46,229 bases of DNA from Oscillatoriaceae cyanobacterium M33_DOE_052 (lineage in GTDB: Bacteria; Cyanobacteriota; Cyanobacteriia; Cyanobacteriales; Laspinemataceae). The notes beneath the pieces are model-generated. The model made no database searches, was not told the DNA's origin, and worked only from the letters and a program-made list of their open reading frames with translations. Within the stretch, counting starts at the first letter, position 1. Each line of letters opens with the position of its first letter. Made by a program: the position numbers and the translations under genes. The stretch is taken from contig DVDU01000250.1 in assembly GCA_015296065.1 (NCBI GenBank), positions 1 through 46,229 of the forward strand. Reading direction: 5' to 3'. Of the stretch, positions 1 to 9,000 are shown in pieces.

Positions 1-131
1 AGCGAGTCGATCAGGAGTTAAGCCAACTGACTCCGGCGCAAGTACAATCGCTCACCTCATTTGACTTCATCCTCGAAGCTCTGATGTTGGCTGCCTTCTA
101 GACGAGACCTTTTTGCTCATCTTCATTTTAA

Positions 132-353
132 ATTGGTATAACTAACACAGAGAACATCAAATTTGTAGAAATTGGTCCATCGGCTGGACAACTGGCAGGG
201 GAGTTACGGGCAAGATACAACCTGCAACTTCCTGATGCTTTGCAAATTGCTACTGCCTTGGTAGCTGGCTGTGAGGCATTTCTGACGAATGATGTTCAGC
301 TAAAGCGCATAACCGAGTTAAAGATTTTGTTAGTAAGTGAGTTGGAGGCGTGA
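132..353 (+). pseudogene. C-terminal fragment of a PIN-domain (VapC-like) toxin. The frame runs in from the window edge and is broken by in-frame stops at 99-101 and 129-131. No start codon.
   Basis: The translation ...IGPSAGQLAGELRARYNLQLPDALQIATALVAGCEAFLTNDVQLKRITELKIL has the conserved acidic residues and the hydrophobic/Ala-rich pattern of a PIN C-terminal half. The same frame upstream carries two stop codons. Confidence 0.4.
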
Positions 354-419
354 GGAAATGCAGCATTTGACGGCGACGCTGGAGGGGCAGTTTCGGACAA
401 CTCTCAGGAGGTTGGGGCG

Positions 420-608
420 ATGAGTCCGTTATTACAAGACCTATTGCAGCAAGCAGAGCAGTTGTCCTATGAGGAACGGTTAGAGTTGATTCGCGGTGTA
501 GCAGAGAGTCTGAAATCTCAGCCACACCAGACTAGCGGTAAACGGAAACTTAGTGAGTTTCGCGGGATAGCGCCCAACTTACTAGAGGGGCGGGATGCTC
601 AGGAATGA
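420..608 (+). CDS. Small 62-aa protein resembling a putative addiction-module antitoxin component (LSYEERLELI... pattern). It is an orphan, with no cognate toxin downstream.
   Basis: The ORF has an ATG start and the sequence MSPLLQDLLQQAEQLSYEERLELIRGVAESL... resembles the short cyanobacterial antitoxin-like family. It lies next to the PIN fragment. Confidence 0.35.
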   Translation: MSPLLQDLLQQAEQLSYEERLELIRGVAESLKSQPHQTSGKRKLSEFRGIAPNLLEGRDAQE

Positions 609-950
609 GTTAATGAGCTACGGGGAGAAAACGAGAAAAGCAGATATTTGAGGGATTATAAAGTTATACATTAAATAGCATTTTTATACTTTGTTCTACT
701 CCCACGGTTCCAGAAATTATACTACAAAAATTTTTTTCTCTCAGGACTTGACTTTTACTTCAACACAAGTTATACTGAAGGGGTAATGGTAAAAAACCAA
801 GCAGAGCGGGCAACTGGGACGAAAAAACCCTACATCCAGGTGCGGTGATCGCTCTCACCCAGTCTTGGCCTGTCGTATTACAAAATGTTACATTAAGGGT
901 GTGGCCTCCGAGCTGCCAACGAGCCCTGCCACAATCAACCTGCATATTTA

Positions 951-982
951 GTCATTAGTCATTGGTCATTGGTCATTGGTCC
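951..982. repeat. STRR-type heptamer tandem repeat, (TGGTCAT)n
   Basis: The sequence gtcattagtcattggtcattggtcattggtcc is visible directly. Similar arrays occur at 13419-13437, 29641-29663 and 45727-45752. Confidence 0.8.
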
Positions 983-985
983 GCC

Positions 986-1050
986 AGAAACCGGGTTTCT
1001 TAACCAGGTCTTGGTGAAAATACCAAGATTATCGCAGAAACCCGGTTTCT
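986..1050. repeat. Small dispersed repeat of about 65 bp bounded by two AGAAACCCGGGTTTCT palindromes (MITE-like); copy 1
   Basis: The sequence is CAGAAACCGGGTTTCTTAACCAGGTCTTGGTGAAAATACCAAGATTATCGCAGAAACCCGGTTTCT. The same architecture recurs at 5939-6003 (inverted), 44232-44296, 32156-32220 and 13452-13523. Confidence 0.7.
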
Positions 1051-1111
1051 CCCGCCGTGGGAAAAATGACAACCCTTAAACTTCCAGCAATTTCGCCAGG
1101 AGGGAAATCAG

Positions 1112-1516
1112 ATGTTTTTAAACCAGCTACCAAAAATAGCCAAACAAAAGCTGGAGCCCATGTTAGTTGGGGGTTTCCTCCTGGCTGCAGCGAGTTTAAT
1201 GCTATTCAGTTTGTCCGAGCCCACCGCCCGAGTGCGACCAGTAAACCCAGCTTTATTCTGCGAAGAAATGGTATTGCCCAAAGCGCAACTCTCAGGCGAA
1301 CAATTAGCAAAACTCCTGACTGTGCCCGAGCCCGCTGCTCGCACCAAAGTCCAGGAAATCCTCAAACAACCCTACTGCCGTTTGCCTTCATTAAGCGTCC
1401 GTGTTGGAGCCATAACCGATCGGGACGCCTACCCCCTGGCATTCGACCCCCAAACATGGCTCGTCGTTCTTTATGAAGGAGAAAACTATGTGGGATATGG
1501 ATTTAAGCGTTTTTAA
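1112..1516 (+). CDS. Hypothetical protein of 134 aa with an N-terminal hydrophobic segment
   Basis: The ORF has protein-like composition. The overlapping ORF at 1057-1476 in another frame is rich in R/S/P and was rejected. Confidence 0.5.
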   Translation: MFLNQLPKIAKQKLEPMLVGGFLLAAASLMLFSLSEPTARVRPVNPALFCEEMVLPKAQLSGEQLAKLLTVPEPAARTKVQEILKQPYCRLPSLSVRVGAITDRDAYPLAFDPQTWLVVLYEGENYVGYGFKRF

Positions 1517-1985
1517 AAACGCCCTCAGCGCAGTTTTAGTAGCATTGTGCGGTGTCGTGGGTTGCACCAACGGGCTACCCCCAGAACCACCGCGCACCCT
1601 GCAAATACAGCAAACCTGGGAACTCAAACCCGGTGACACTTTAGCAGGACATCGCATTATCGGGGGACTGGGAGATATCTCGATCGCCCTCAGCGGCGAT
1701 AAAACCCTATACGCCCCCCTCGATGGTCGCTTGCAACCCCACTCCCCAGACTGCGTAATTTTTTCCAGCGAAGAACTGCCCATTTACCTCTTCCGTTTAT
1801 GTGGCGTGCAAAACCCCCATTGGGGTCAAATTCGCAGCCGAGAAAAGCTGGGCACAGCGAACATTTTAAACCTCGCCGTTCTCAACCGCCTTTCTGATGG
1901 CAAGTGGGCATTTGTCGAACCATCTAAGCAGATTATCGAGCAAATGTTGCAGCCACCAAACACCGCATTTATGCCCACCCCGTAG
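1473..1985 (+). CDS. Putative lipoprotein carrying a degenerate M23/LytM-like domain. The start may instead be the ATG at 1488.
   Basis: A signal peptide with a lipobox-like LVALCGVVGC is present. The segment AGHRIIGGLGDISIALSGDKTLYAPLDGRL follows the M23 motif GH.GIDI.A..GTPV.A..DG.V but has lost the Hx3D spacing. PHW replaces the second catalytic motif PHLH. A GGAG sequence precedes the ATG at 1488. Confidence 0.5.
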   Translation: MKEKTMWDMDLSVFKNALSAVLVALCGVVGCTNGLPPEPPRTLQIQQTWELKPGDTLAGHRIIGGLGDISIALSGDKTLYAPLDGRLQPHSPDCVIFSSEELPIYLFRLCGVQNPHWGQIRSREKLGTANILNLAVLNRLSDGKWAFVEPSKQIIEQMLQPPNTAFMPTP

Positions 1986-2006
1986 GGACACGGCATTGCC
2001 GTGTCC
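1986..2006 (+). terminator. Perfect hairpin GGACACGGCA-TT-GCCGTGTCC downstream of the lipoprotein gene
   Basis: It is a 9-bp perfect inverted repeat. A near-identical hairpin follows eno at 15075-15095. No strong U-tract follows this one. Confidence 0.35.
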
Positions 2007-2032
2007 TCCCCACCACCAAAGGAGCAATTAAG

Positions 2033-3595
2033 ATGATGACAATTCACCCATATTTATATGCAGATGAGATGTTAATTACTACAAGTGAGAGCATTTATAT
2101 ACCCAAAAATGCCTTTGCACCGTGGCGCTGCTGGCACCCCAAAATCCTGCAATTCGCCATCTGCTTGCTAGCCACTCTCTGGGCAGAAATAGCCGTGGCA
2201 GCCTCACCGTGGCTAGATTTCAGCCTCCCCCAACCACCGCCTACACCTGCCTCGGTGGGGGACCAAACAGACCAACCAAAATCAGCAGCAGAGCTGTTTG
2301 CCACCGTGCAGTCTCCAGGGTCGATCGCCGTGGGGGTAGCGGAAGGCAACATGGACATCACCGGTGAAGCCACTCCCCTGTACCAGGGCCACACCGACCC
2401 GGGCAACGGCGTCACCAACCGGGGATTTTGCTCCTGGAACCGAGCCGCCAAGCTGACCGTAGCCGAAGCTGACGCCTCATGTCTCTCCCGGCTGCAAGTC
2501 CAAGCCGCTGACACAGAAAAACAGCTCCAAAGCCAGGGATTGGACCCGCAAAAAGATGTCATTGCTTTAGTCAATGGCACCGACTTAGCGAATCAATCTC
2601 CTCGGGCTGGTGAAGACTTTGGCACGCGGTACGCAGAGGCATTGGCAAAAGGTTTGAAAGGAGAAAAGGCCCTGATTGATGCCCGCGTGGAATCCTTCCG
2701 CGAACCAAGCGTTTCGGGGAAAGGCACCCTTTCCGCCAGTGGTTTATTCCGCATTTGCCGCCACTATGCCAGCTATCGGGATAAATTGGCGGCTCACCAG
2801 TTGTACTCGGAAGCATGGCGGTGGCAATGTATCGCTCTGGACCAGGGGCGACGGGTGCGGGCGATCGACAGCGCTTTAGCGCAAAATCTTGCCTCCCCGC
2901 CTCCCCGTCGGCACATCTCCCCATCACCCGATCGCAATTCCGCTCTAGATTTCGGGGTTTCCCAAACTCCAAGGGTATGGGAAGATACGCCAACACCGCC
3001 ACCAGTTCCGGCCCCTGATTTAGGGCTAGATTTCCGAGTTTCCCAAACTCCGGCGACTACGGCGGCGGTTTCTACTCTAGATTTCGGGGTGGAAGAGCCA
3101 ACACCCCCCGAACCATCAGCAAAACCCCCATTTTCCGGCAACCCCGTCACCAAAACTGGCACCAAAATCGGCAACTGCACCATTACCGATATTCGCCGGT
3201 TTAGGAGCAAGCACCCAGTGTCCGGAATGCCGCCCCGGTGGCACAACGGCATTGACATCGCTTGCGGCGGTACTCACAATGTATATAGCCCCGTGGATGG
3301 TAATCTCACTATCTTACCCCCAGCCAAATCTGGCGGCGGCGGGTTAGTAGCGCGAATCACCACCAAATCCGGCTGGACCGTGCAAAATATGCACATGCTA
3401 GAAATCACCGCCAAAGCGGGGAAAGTGGCAGCGGGGGAGAAGTTGGGCACCGGCGGCGCCCCCAACGGCCACCCCAACGCCGGAACCAGTACCGGTCCAC
3501 ACTCGCACTATGAACGTTTCCGAGTAGTGGAGGGTCAGCGGCAATATGTTACCCCCACAGATACAGAGTTAAAAGCCCTTTTAGGTGGGGGGTAG
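2033..3595 (+). CDS. M23-family (LytM) peptidoglycan endopeptidase with an N-terminal domain of unknown function and a Pro/Thr-rich linker containing internal repeats
   Basis: The C-terminus has WHNGIDIACGGTHNVYSPVDGNL and STGPHSHYE, matching the HxxxD and HxH catalytic motifs of M23. An AAGGAG ribosome-binding site lies 9 nt upstream of the ATG. A signal-like hydrophobic segment is present. Three nucleotide repeats (ctagatttcggggtttcccaaactcc) lie at 2944-3098. Confidence 0.8.
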   Translation: MMTIHPYLYADEMLITTSESIYIPKNAFAPWRCWHPKILQFAICLLATLWAEIAVAASPWLDFSLPQPPPTPASVGDQTDQPKSAAELFATVQSPGSIAVGVAEGNMDITGEATPLYQGHTDPGNGVTNRGFCSWNRAAKLTVAEADASCLSRLQVQAADTEKQLQSQGLDPQKDVIALVNGTDLANQSPRAGEDFGTRYAEALAKGLKGEKALIDARVESFREPSVSGKGTLSASGLFRICRHYASYRDKLAAHQLYSEAWRWQCIALDQGRRVRAIDSALAQNLASPPPRRHISPSPDRNSALDFGVSQTPRVWEDTPTPPPVPAPDLGLDFRVSQTPATTAAVSTLDFGVEEPTPPEPSAKPPFSGNPVTKTGTKIGNCTITDIRRFRSKHPVSGMPPRWHNGIDIACGGTHNVYSPVDGNLTILPPAKSGGGGLVARITTKSGWTVQNMHMLEITAKAGKVAAGEKLGTGGAPNGHPNAGTSTGPHSHYERFRVVEGQRQYVTPTDTELKALLGGG

Positions 3596-3598
3596 CTT

Positions 3599-3632
3599 CA
3601 ACCCGGTTTCTCACAGAAACCGGGTTTTTTTT
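3599..3632. repeat. Paired AACCCGGTTTCT / AGAAACCGGGTTT palindromes followed by a T8 run. Likely an intrinsic terminator for the M23 gene; belongs to the ~65-bp dispersed-repeat family.
   Basis: The sequence caacccggtttctcacagaaaccgggtttttttt lies immediately after the stop at 3595. Confidence 0.55.
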
Positions 3633-3790
3633 AAAGGATTTGAGTTAAACTGGGGAAAAACATTTACTCACCATTCCCCTTCCCGCCGTTGCTTTGGGCT
3701 AAAGCCCTACTACGAACCTCTTTTCCCATCACCCCCATTCATCCTATGCCCATACCTCGCCGCGATCGCATTCAACCCCGCATCTCTTCC

Positions 3791-4054
3791 ATGCCCCGCC
3801 AGCAGTCTGAGGCAGCCACTCACCGCCAAATGTATCAACTTTTGGTAGAAAAACAGCGCTTGCTCCAAGAATTGCAACATTTAGAACAGCGTCGCTATGC
3901 CATTAACCAGCGGTTGGAGGGCATCGCCACCCAGTTAACTGATTTGGAATATGGCGCTGGACAGTTACAGCAAAAATCGGCTGTTGTTGATGGGCAAATC
4001 CCCGCCAGTGATGCCAATTCAATGGGATTTGAAACGATGTTTTTGGAATATTAA
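3791..4054 (+). CDS. Hypothetical coiled-coil protein of about 88 aa. The longer ORF starting at 3689 was rejected.
   Basis: MPRQQSEAATHRQMYQLLVEKQRLLQELQHLEQRRYAINQRLEGIATQL... has a heptad-like composition. It ends 8 nt before the Uma2 gene. Confidence 0.45.
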   Translation: MPRQQSEAATHRQMYQLLVEKQRLLQELQHLEQRRYAINQRLEGIATQLTDLEYGAGQLQQKSAVVDGQIPASDANSMGFETMFLEY

Positions 4055-4062
4055 GACGACTA

Positions 4063-4749
4063 ATGACCAAAACAACTATCGTTAAAGTACCGCCTTTAGA
4101 AAGTGGCGATCGTCTGACGCGCACCGAGTTTGAACTGCGCTATCACGCCGCCCCCGAAATTCACAAAGCCGAACTAATTCAAGGAGTAGTTTACTTGGCA
4201 TCCCCCGTGCGTGCGAACCGACATGGCGGCCCCCACGGCGTCATTATGGCTTGGCTAGGCGCCTATTGGATGGCGACTCCCGGCGTCGAACTCTACGATA
4301 ATGCCACCGTGCGTCTTGATGAAGAAAACGAGCCCCAACCCGATGCTTTATTACGCCTAGAACCCGCCGCCGGTGGCAACTCTGTCATTAGTGAAGATGA
4401 TTATATTGAAGGCGCCCCAGAACTGGTAATAGAAATTGCTGCCAGCAGTGCTAGTTATGATTTAAATGACAAACTTAATGTTTATCAAAGCCACGGCGTT
4501 AAAGAATACATAGTTTGGCAAGTTTATGAAAACCAACTCGATTGGTTTCAGCTTCAGCAAAACATTTATCTTCCTCTAAATGCAGATAGTAACGGCATTA
4601 TTCGCTCTCAAATATTCCCTGGCTTGTGGCTATCAGTAGATGGCTTACGCCAAAGAAACCGCGCCCAATTGCAGGCTGTTTTGCAACAGGGTTTGCAAAC
4701 ATCAGCCCATCAAGAATTTGTGGAGAAACTGGCTGGCTCTGGGGGATAG
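4063..4749 (+). CDS. Uma2-family endonuclease (DUF820, putative restriction-endonuclease-like)
   Basis: The motifs ELIQGVVYLASP, PELVIEIAASSASYDLNDKLNVYQSHGVKEYIVW and the overall pattern are typical of the abundant cyanobacterial Uma2 family. Confidence 0.8.
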   Translation: MTKTTIVKVPPLESGDRLTRTEFELRYHAAPEIHKAELIQGVVYLASPVRANRHGGPHGVIMAWLGAYWMATPGVELYDNATVRLDEENEPQPDALLRLEPAAGGNSVISEDDYIEGAPELVIEIAASSASYDLNDKLNVYQSHGVKEYIVWQVYENQLDWFQLQQNIYLPLNADSNGIIRSQIFPGLWLSVDGLRQRNRAQLQAVLQQGLQTSAHQEFVEKLAGSGG

Positions 4750-4781
4750 TCATTTTGTCTGGCTGTCTTGTCATTTGTCAT

Positions 4782-5024
4782 TTATTCATCATCTTTGCTA
4801 GCTTCCATTGCTTCTATAGCCAATAATAACTCTTCTTCTTGCTGCTCAAAATCCTCCTCGGATATATCTCCTAAATCAAAAGCTAGCTGCAGGGCTAATA
4901 ACTTTTTGTGCAGGTTTTCTGTTGAGTCTAGTTCAGCTTCGGCGCGTTCTAAGATTTGCTCGCCGATCCAGGCGATACCTTCTAGTGGGCCGGTGATGGG
5001 TAAGGTGAGTAAGCGTAATATCAT
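4782..5024 (-). CDS. gvpG: Gas vesicle protein GvpG
   Basis: MILRLLTLPITGPLEGIAWIGEQILERAEAELDSTENLHKKLLALQLAFDLGDISEEDFEQQEEELL closely follows the GvpG pattern (LLLLPvmGPl.gvvWIaeQI.ER...E.D..ENL.K.LL.LQL.FD.GeISEEeFE.QEE). The start was chosen at the internal Met because the upstream extension covers dispersed repeats. Confidence 0.7.
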   Translation of the reverse strand: MILRLLTLPITGPLEGIAWIGEQILERAEAELDSTENLHKKLLALQLAFDLGDISEEDFEQQEEELLLAIEAMEASKDDE

Positions 5025-5124
5025 ATGTTTGGGTGATAATGGGGAAGGCAGGTAAGGGCAAGGCAAGAGTGGGCTAAAGCCCAACTACTAACCTTTTTTT
5101 GGCTCAAGCCCAACTAAGAACCGA

Positions 5125-5862
5125 TTAACTGGTTTTAAATACAGCGAAGTTGAAAGGTGCGGTAAAATTATTATACCGGATGCGGAGGCGACTGTCAAAT
5201 AATTTATCCAGGGATTCTACTTGGGTGGCAAAGTGGGGTTCGTCATCCCAGGGGATTAAATAGGCGGCGTTGTAGATCATATTATCAGTGAGGGAGTCGC
5301 GCTCGACAATTTCCACCGCTAGGGGGTTGAGGGTGGCTTGAAATTGGGCGATAATTTCTTGACGATGGTGGGCGAGATGGCGTTCGATTTCTTGTCCGAT
5401 CGCGATCGTTTGCTCCATACTCAGAGTTGTCCCCGATAGCCGATCGCGCCTTGCCCGCAAGTCCTCATTGGCGGCTAAAATCAAATCCAGTTCCGCCTTT
5501 TCCTCCCAAAACACCTTTACCCCCACCTCCCGTCTCCCCTCCAACTTCTCAAACAGCTCATCCAACTTATCCCCATAAGGAATAGTCAACTGCTCCGCCA
5601 CCGCCTGCCAATTTGGCACCGTCGAACCAAATTGTAAAGGCAGTAAATAGGGATAACCCATTTGCATCGCCGCTTCCAGTACCTTTTCATGTCCCAACAA
5701 ATTGCGGCGACTAGCTAAATAACGCTCCTGTTGTGCCTGAGAATACAAAAAAGTAAACCCATCCACCACCCGCACTTGCACAGGTTGTCCATCCAAACCC
5801 AGCAAATCCAAAATATCGGGCTCTGATGGGAGAATGCCGTACAAATAAAAACCGTATGCCAT
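5125..5862 (-). CDS. gvpF: Gas vesicle protein GvpF/GvpL family
   Basis: The N-terminal MAYGFYLYGILP and C-terminal RLRIRYNNFTAPFNF hallmarks of GvpF/L are present. The length is 245 aa. Confidence 0.8.
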   Translation of the reverse strand: MAYGFYLYGILPSEPDILDLLGLDGQPVQVRVVDGFTFLYSQAQQERYLASRRNLLGHEKVLEAAMQMGYPYLLPLQFGSTVPNWQAVAEQLTIPYGDKLDELFEKLEGRREVGVKVFWEEKAELDLILAANEDLRARRDRLSGTTLSMEQTIAIGQEIERHLAHHRQEIIAQFQATLNPLAVEIVERDSLTDNMIYNAAYLIPWDDEPHFATQVESLDKLFDSRLRIRYNNFTAPFNFAVFKTS

Positions 5863-5938
5863 TCTTTAACTAAATTTGCTGCTGCATAATTGTACAATTA
5901 AGTCATTATTCACTTGTCCATAGTCCCTGGTGCGGATT

Positions 5939-6003
5939 AGAAACCGGGTTTCTGCGATAATCTTGGGTTCTCAACCGAAATTTGGTTAAGAAACCCGGTT
6001 TCT
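5939..6003. repeat. Copy 2 of the ~65-bp dispersed repeat (inverted orientation). It is followed by a 2.5x tandem repeat, caaggacaaaagaatccctacc, at 6021-6075.
   Basis: AGAAACCGGGTTTCTGCGATAATCTTGG...TTAAGAAACCCGGTTTCT is the reverse complement of the 986-1050 architecture. Confidence 0.7.
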
Positions 6004-6077
6004 GGGTTAGCCAAATGACTAAGGACAAAAGAATCCCTACCCAAGGACAAAAGAATCCCTACCCAAGGACAAATCCC

Positions 6078-9000
6078 ATGCGACCATTAGAATTATCTTT
6101 AGAAGGATTTACCAGTTTCCGCAGTCCCCAGCACCTAGATTTTTCCCAGATGGATTTATTCGTCATCACCGGTCCCACCGGTGCCGGGAAATCATCCATC
6201 TTGGAGGCCATGACATATGCACTATACGGCAAAACCACACGCTGTGGCAACCAAATCGGTGAATTAGTCTCACAGGGAGCCAAAAATCTCAAAGTTACCC
6301 TAGGCTTTGCCGTAGGAGAAGACATTTATCGCATCGCGAGGAGCTGGCGGAGTCGGGGCAAAACCACAGCTTCTACGGTAGTGCTAGAAAAGCGCGTTGA
6401 TAACAGTTGGGAAACTATCGAGGAAAAAGAACGCAGTGCCAATAAAGCTGTAGAAGACATTTTGGGGATGGATTTTGACACCTTCACGAGGGTAATTTTA
6501 CTGCCCCAAGGTGAATTTGACGAGTTTCTCAAAGGGGATACGAGCAAACGGCGGGAAATATTGCGCCAGTTAGCCGGTTTTGAGATATTCGAGCAAATGC
6601 GCAAACAGGCGGGAGAGCTGTCTAAGCTGCTGGAAAAAGAGCGGCAGGCGGCGGAAAGGCAGTTAGCCGAGTTAGAAGTACCACCGGCGTGGGAGGTAGA
6701 ACGGGCGAAACTGCAAATCACCGAGTTAGAAAACACTATCCCCAAATTACAAAATGCTGTGTGGGAAGCGCAACAACAGCTAGATGCAGAAGAAAGGCTA
6801 TTTGCCCAGTTAGAAAAACTGGCACAATTGGAAAAGCAACAACGCCAACTAGAGGCAGAAGCACCTAAAATCGCTGCTTTGGAAGCGAAACAACAGCGAG
6901 CCGAAACTGCGGCGAATTTGCAACCTCACTGGGTGCTGGTGCGAGAAGTGCTAGAGCAGTATCAAAATGCTACTATTACTGTGGCGGCCACGGCTGAGCA
7001 AGCGGCAAACACTGCGGCGGCTTTGGTGTCAGCAGAGCAAGGGTTAGAAAAGGCAAAAGCGGCACAAACGGCGGCGACACCAGGGATAATGGCGCGGGAA
7101 AAAGCGATCGCCACGGCACAAGTGCTAGAAGAGCAAAGGCAGCAGCTAGTGGCAGAAGTCAGCCGCAGCGAGCAAACGGCACGCAACAGCGCCACCGCTG
7201 CAGATACAGCCAAAAGACAATTAAAAACTGCGGAAAATAAAGTTATTGCGGCTGAGGAGCAAGCCAACCAAGCGGCAACCAAAATGCAAGCAGTGGCTCC
7301 GGGGGGAGAAAGGCTAGAAAACCTCAAACAAGTCATGCCATTGTTAGCGCAATGGGATTTTATCGCCAAACAAACACAAAAAAATCAGTCCCAGGCGGAA
7401 ACTGCCGATCGGGAACTCACCGTGGCGCGGCAAAATAGTCAGTTATGGCGGGCAAAAACCTTAACTGTAGAAATCGAGCTGACAAAATGCCGCGATATCT
7501 TAAAATCAGCCGAGGCAGCCAATTTGCAGGCGCAGTTGCAAAATCAAGCTGCAACATTACGTTCTAATTTAGCTGCCGGAGATACCTGTCCAGTTTGTGG
7601 CAATATTTGCTCCGACTTGCATCAGCTCCAGCTATTACCAGCGCCAGAAATGGTAGATATTGCCCCCCTGCAAGCTCGCCTAGAAACTGCAAACCGCACC
7701 TATCTTGATGCGCAACGCCGCGCCACTTTGGCGGAGGCATCTGTAGCAGACGCACAACGTCAGCAAACCGACAGTCAACAAGAATTAGCCGCTATTAAGC
7801 AGCGTTTGGAAGCAGCGGGTCAGGAGATAAGTGCAATTCTCCATCAGGATAAATGGGAATGCTCAGCATTACAGGGAGAATATCGACTATTACAAGCGCG
7901 GGAGGCTTCGTGGCGACAAGCGCAGATAGAACATCAAGAAGCATTGGCGACACTGAAGCAGGCGCAACAGTCACGAGAATTTGCTTTGCAACGTTGGCAA
8001 GAGGGGGAATTACGTCATCAAGAAGCTGCGCAAGTTTTGCAAATGCGGCAACAACAGCTCGCGGAATTGACGGCGAAAGTGTATGAGGTGACTGGTGGCG
8101 CTGCTTATGAAACTCTCAAACAAGCCTTAGAGCGGGAAAAGCAGCAATTACAAGCAGCTTTGGAGGCAGCAACTGCTACGGAGTCGAACCGTCGCGCCGC
8201 TGCTATTCAAGCAGAAACCTCTGCCACTCAGGCGAAAATTGCCCTGGATCATATTGCGGCGAAAAAACAGCAGTTAGAAACTGACTGGGAGCGGGAGTTA
8301 AATGTAGCTGGGTTATCTCAGGAGGAGTTTTTGACGGCCCAAGCATCTGGGGAAGAGCGCGCCGCTTGGCAAAAGGTAATTACGGCACATCGGGAACAGA
8401 GTTTGCAGCTAGTAACGCGGCTGGAAGATTTACGAGAAAATATTGGGGGGCGCCAAACAGATGCGGTAATTCTCGCTAGTCGCAGAGCCGCGAAAGAATC
8501 ATCTAAAACTCAGTTTGAGCAGGCGAATCAGCAAAAAAATGAGTTATCAGTTTGGGTGCAGTTATCGGAAACGCGGTTACAGCAAGCGGCGGATTTGCAA
8601 ACTCAGCTAGAAACTTTGTTGCAGCAGCAGGAAGTTTATCAGACTTTGGCGCAAAATCTGAAATCTACGGAGTTTCAGTCTTATATTTTGGAGCATTTGG
8701 AGGGGGAATTGGTGGCGAGGGCTACTTTGTTGTTGCGAGAGTTGACTGATGCCCGCTATGCTTTGGAGGTGGAAGATGGGGAATATTGGGTGGCGGATAA
8801 TTGGAATGGTGGGGAAAAACGCCGCGTGCGTACTTTGTCTGGGGGCGAGACTTTTGCCGCTTCGGTTTCTATGGCTTTGGCGTTGTCAGAAAAGTTGGCA
8901 ATGGGGGCGCAGTTGGGGAGTTTGTTTTTAGATGAGGGTTTTGGGACGTTGGATGTGGAAACTTTGGAAACGGTGAGTCAGGTTTTGGAGTCTTTGCGCC

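Noticed and set aside
1057-1476. A 139-aa ORF overlapping the 1112-1516 ORF in another frame.
   Set aside because: Its composition is rich in R/S/P/G, typical of an out-of-frame read. The 1112-1516 frame gives a hydrophobic N-terminus and balanced composition.
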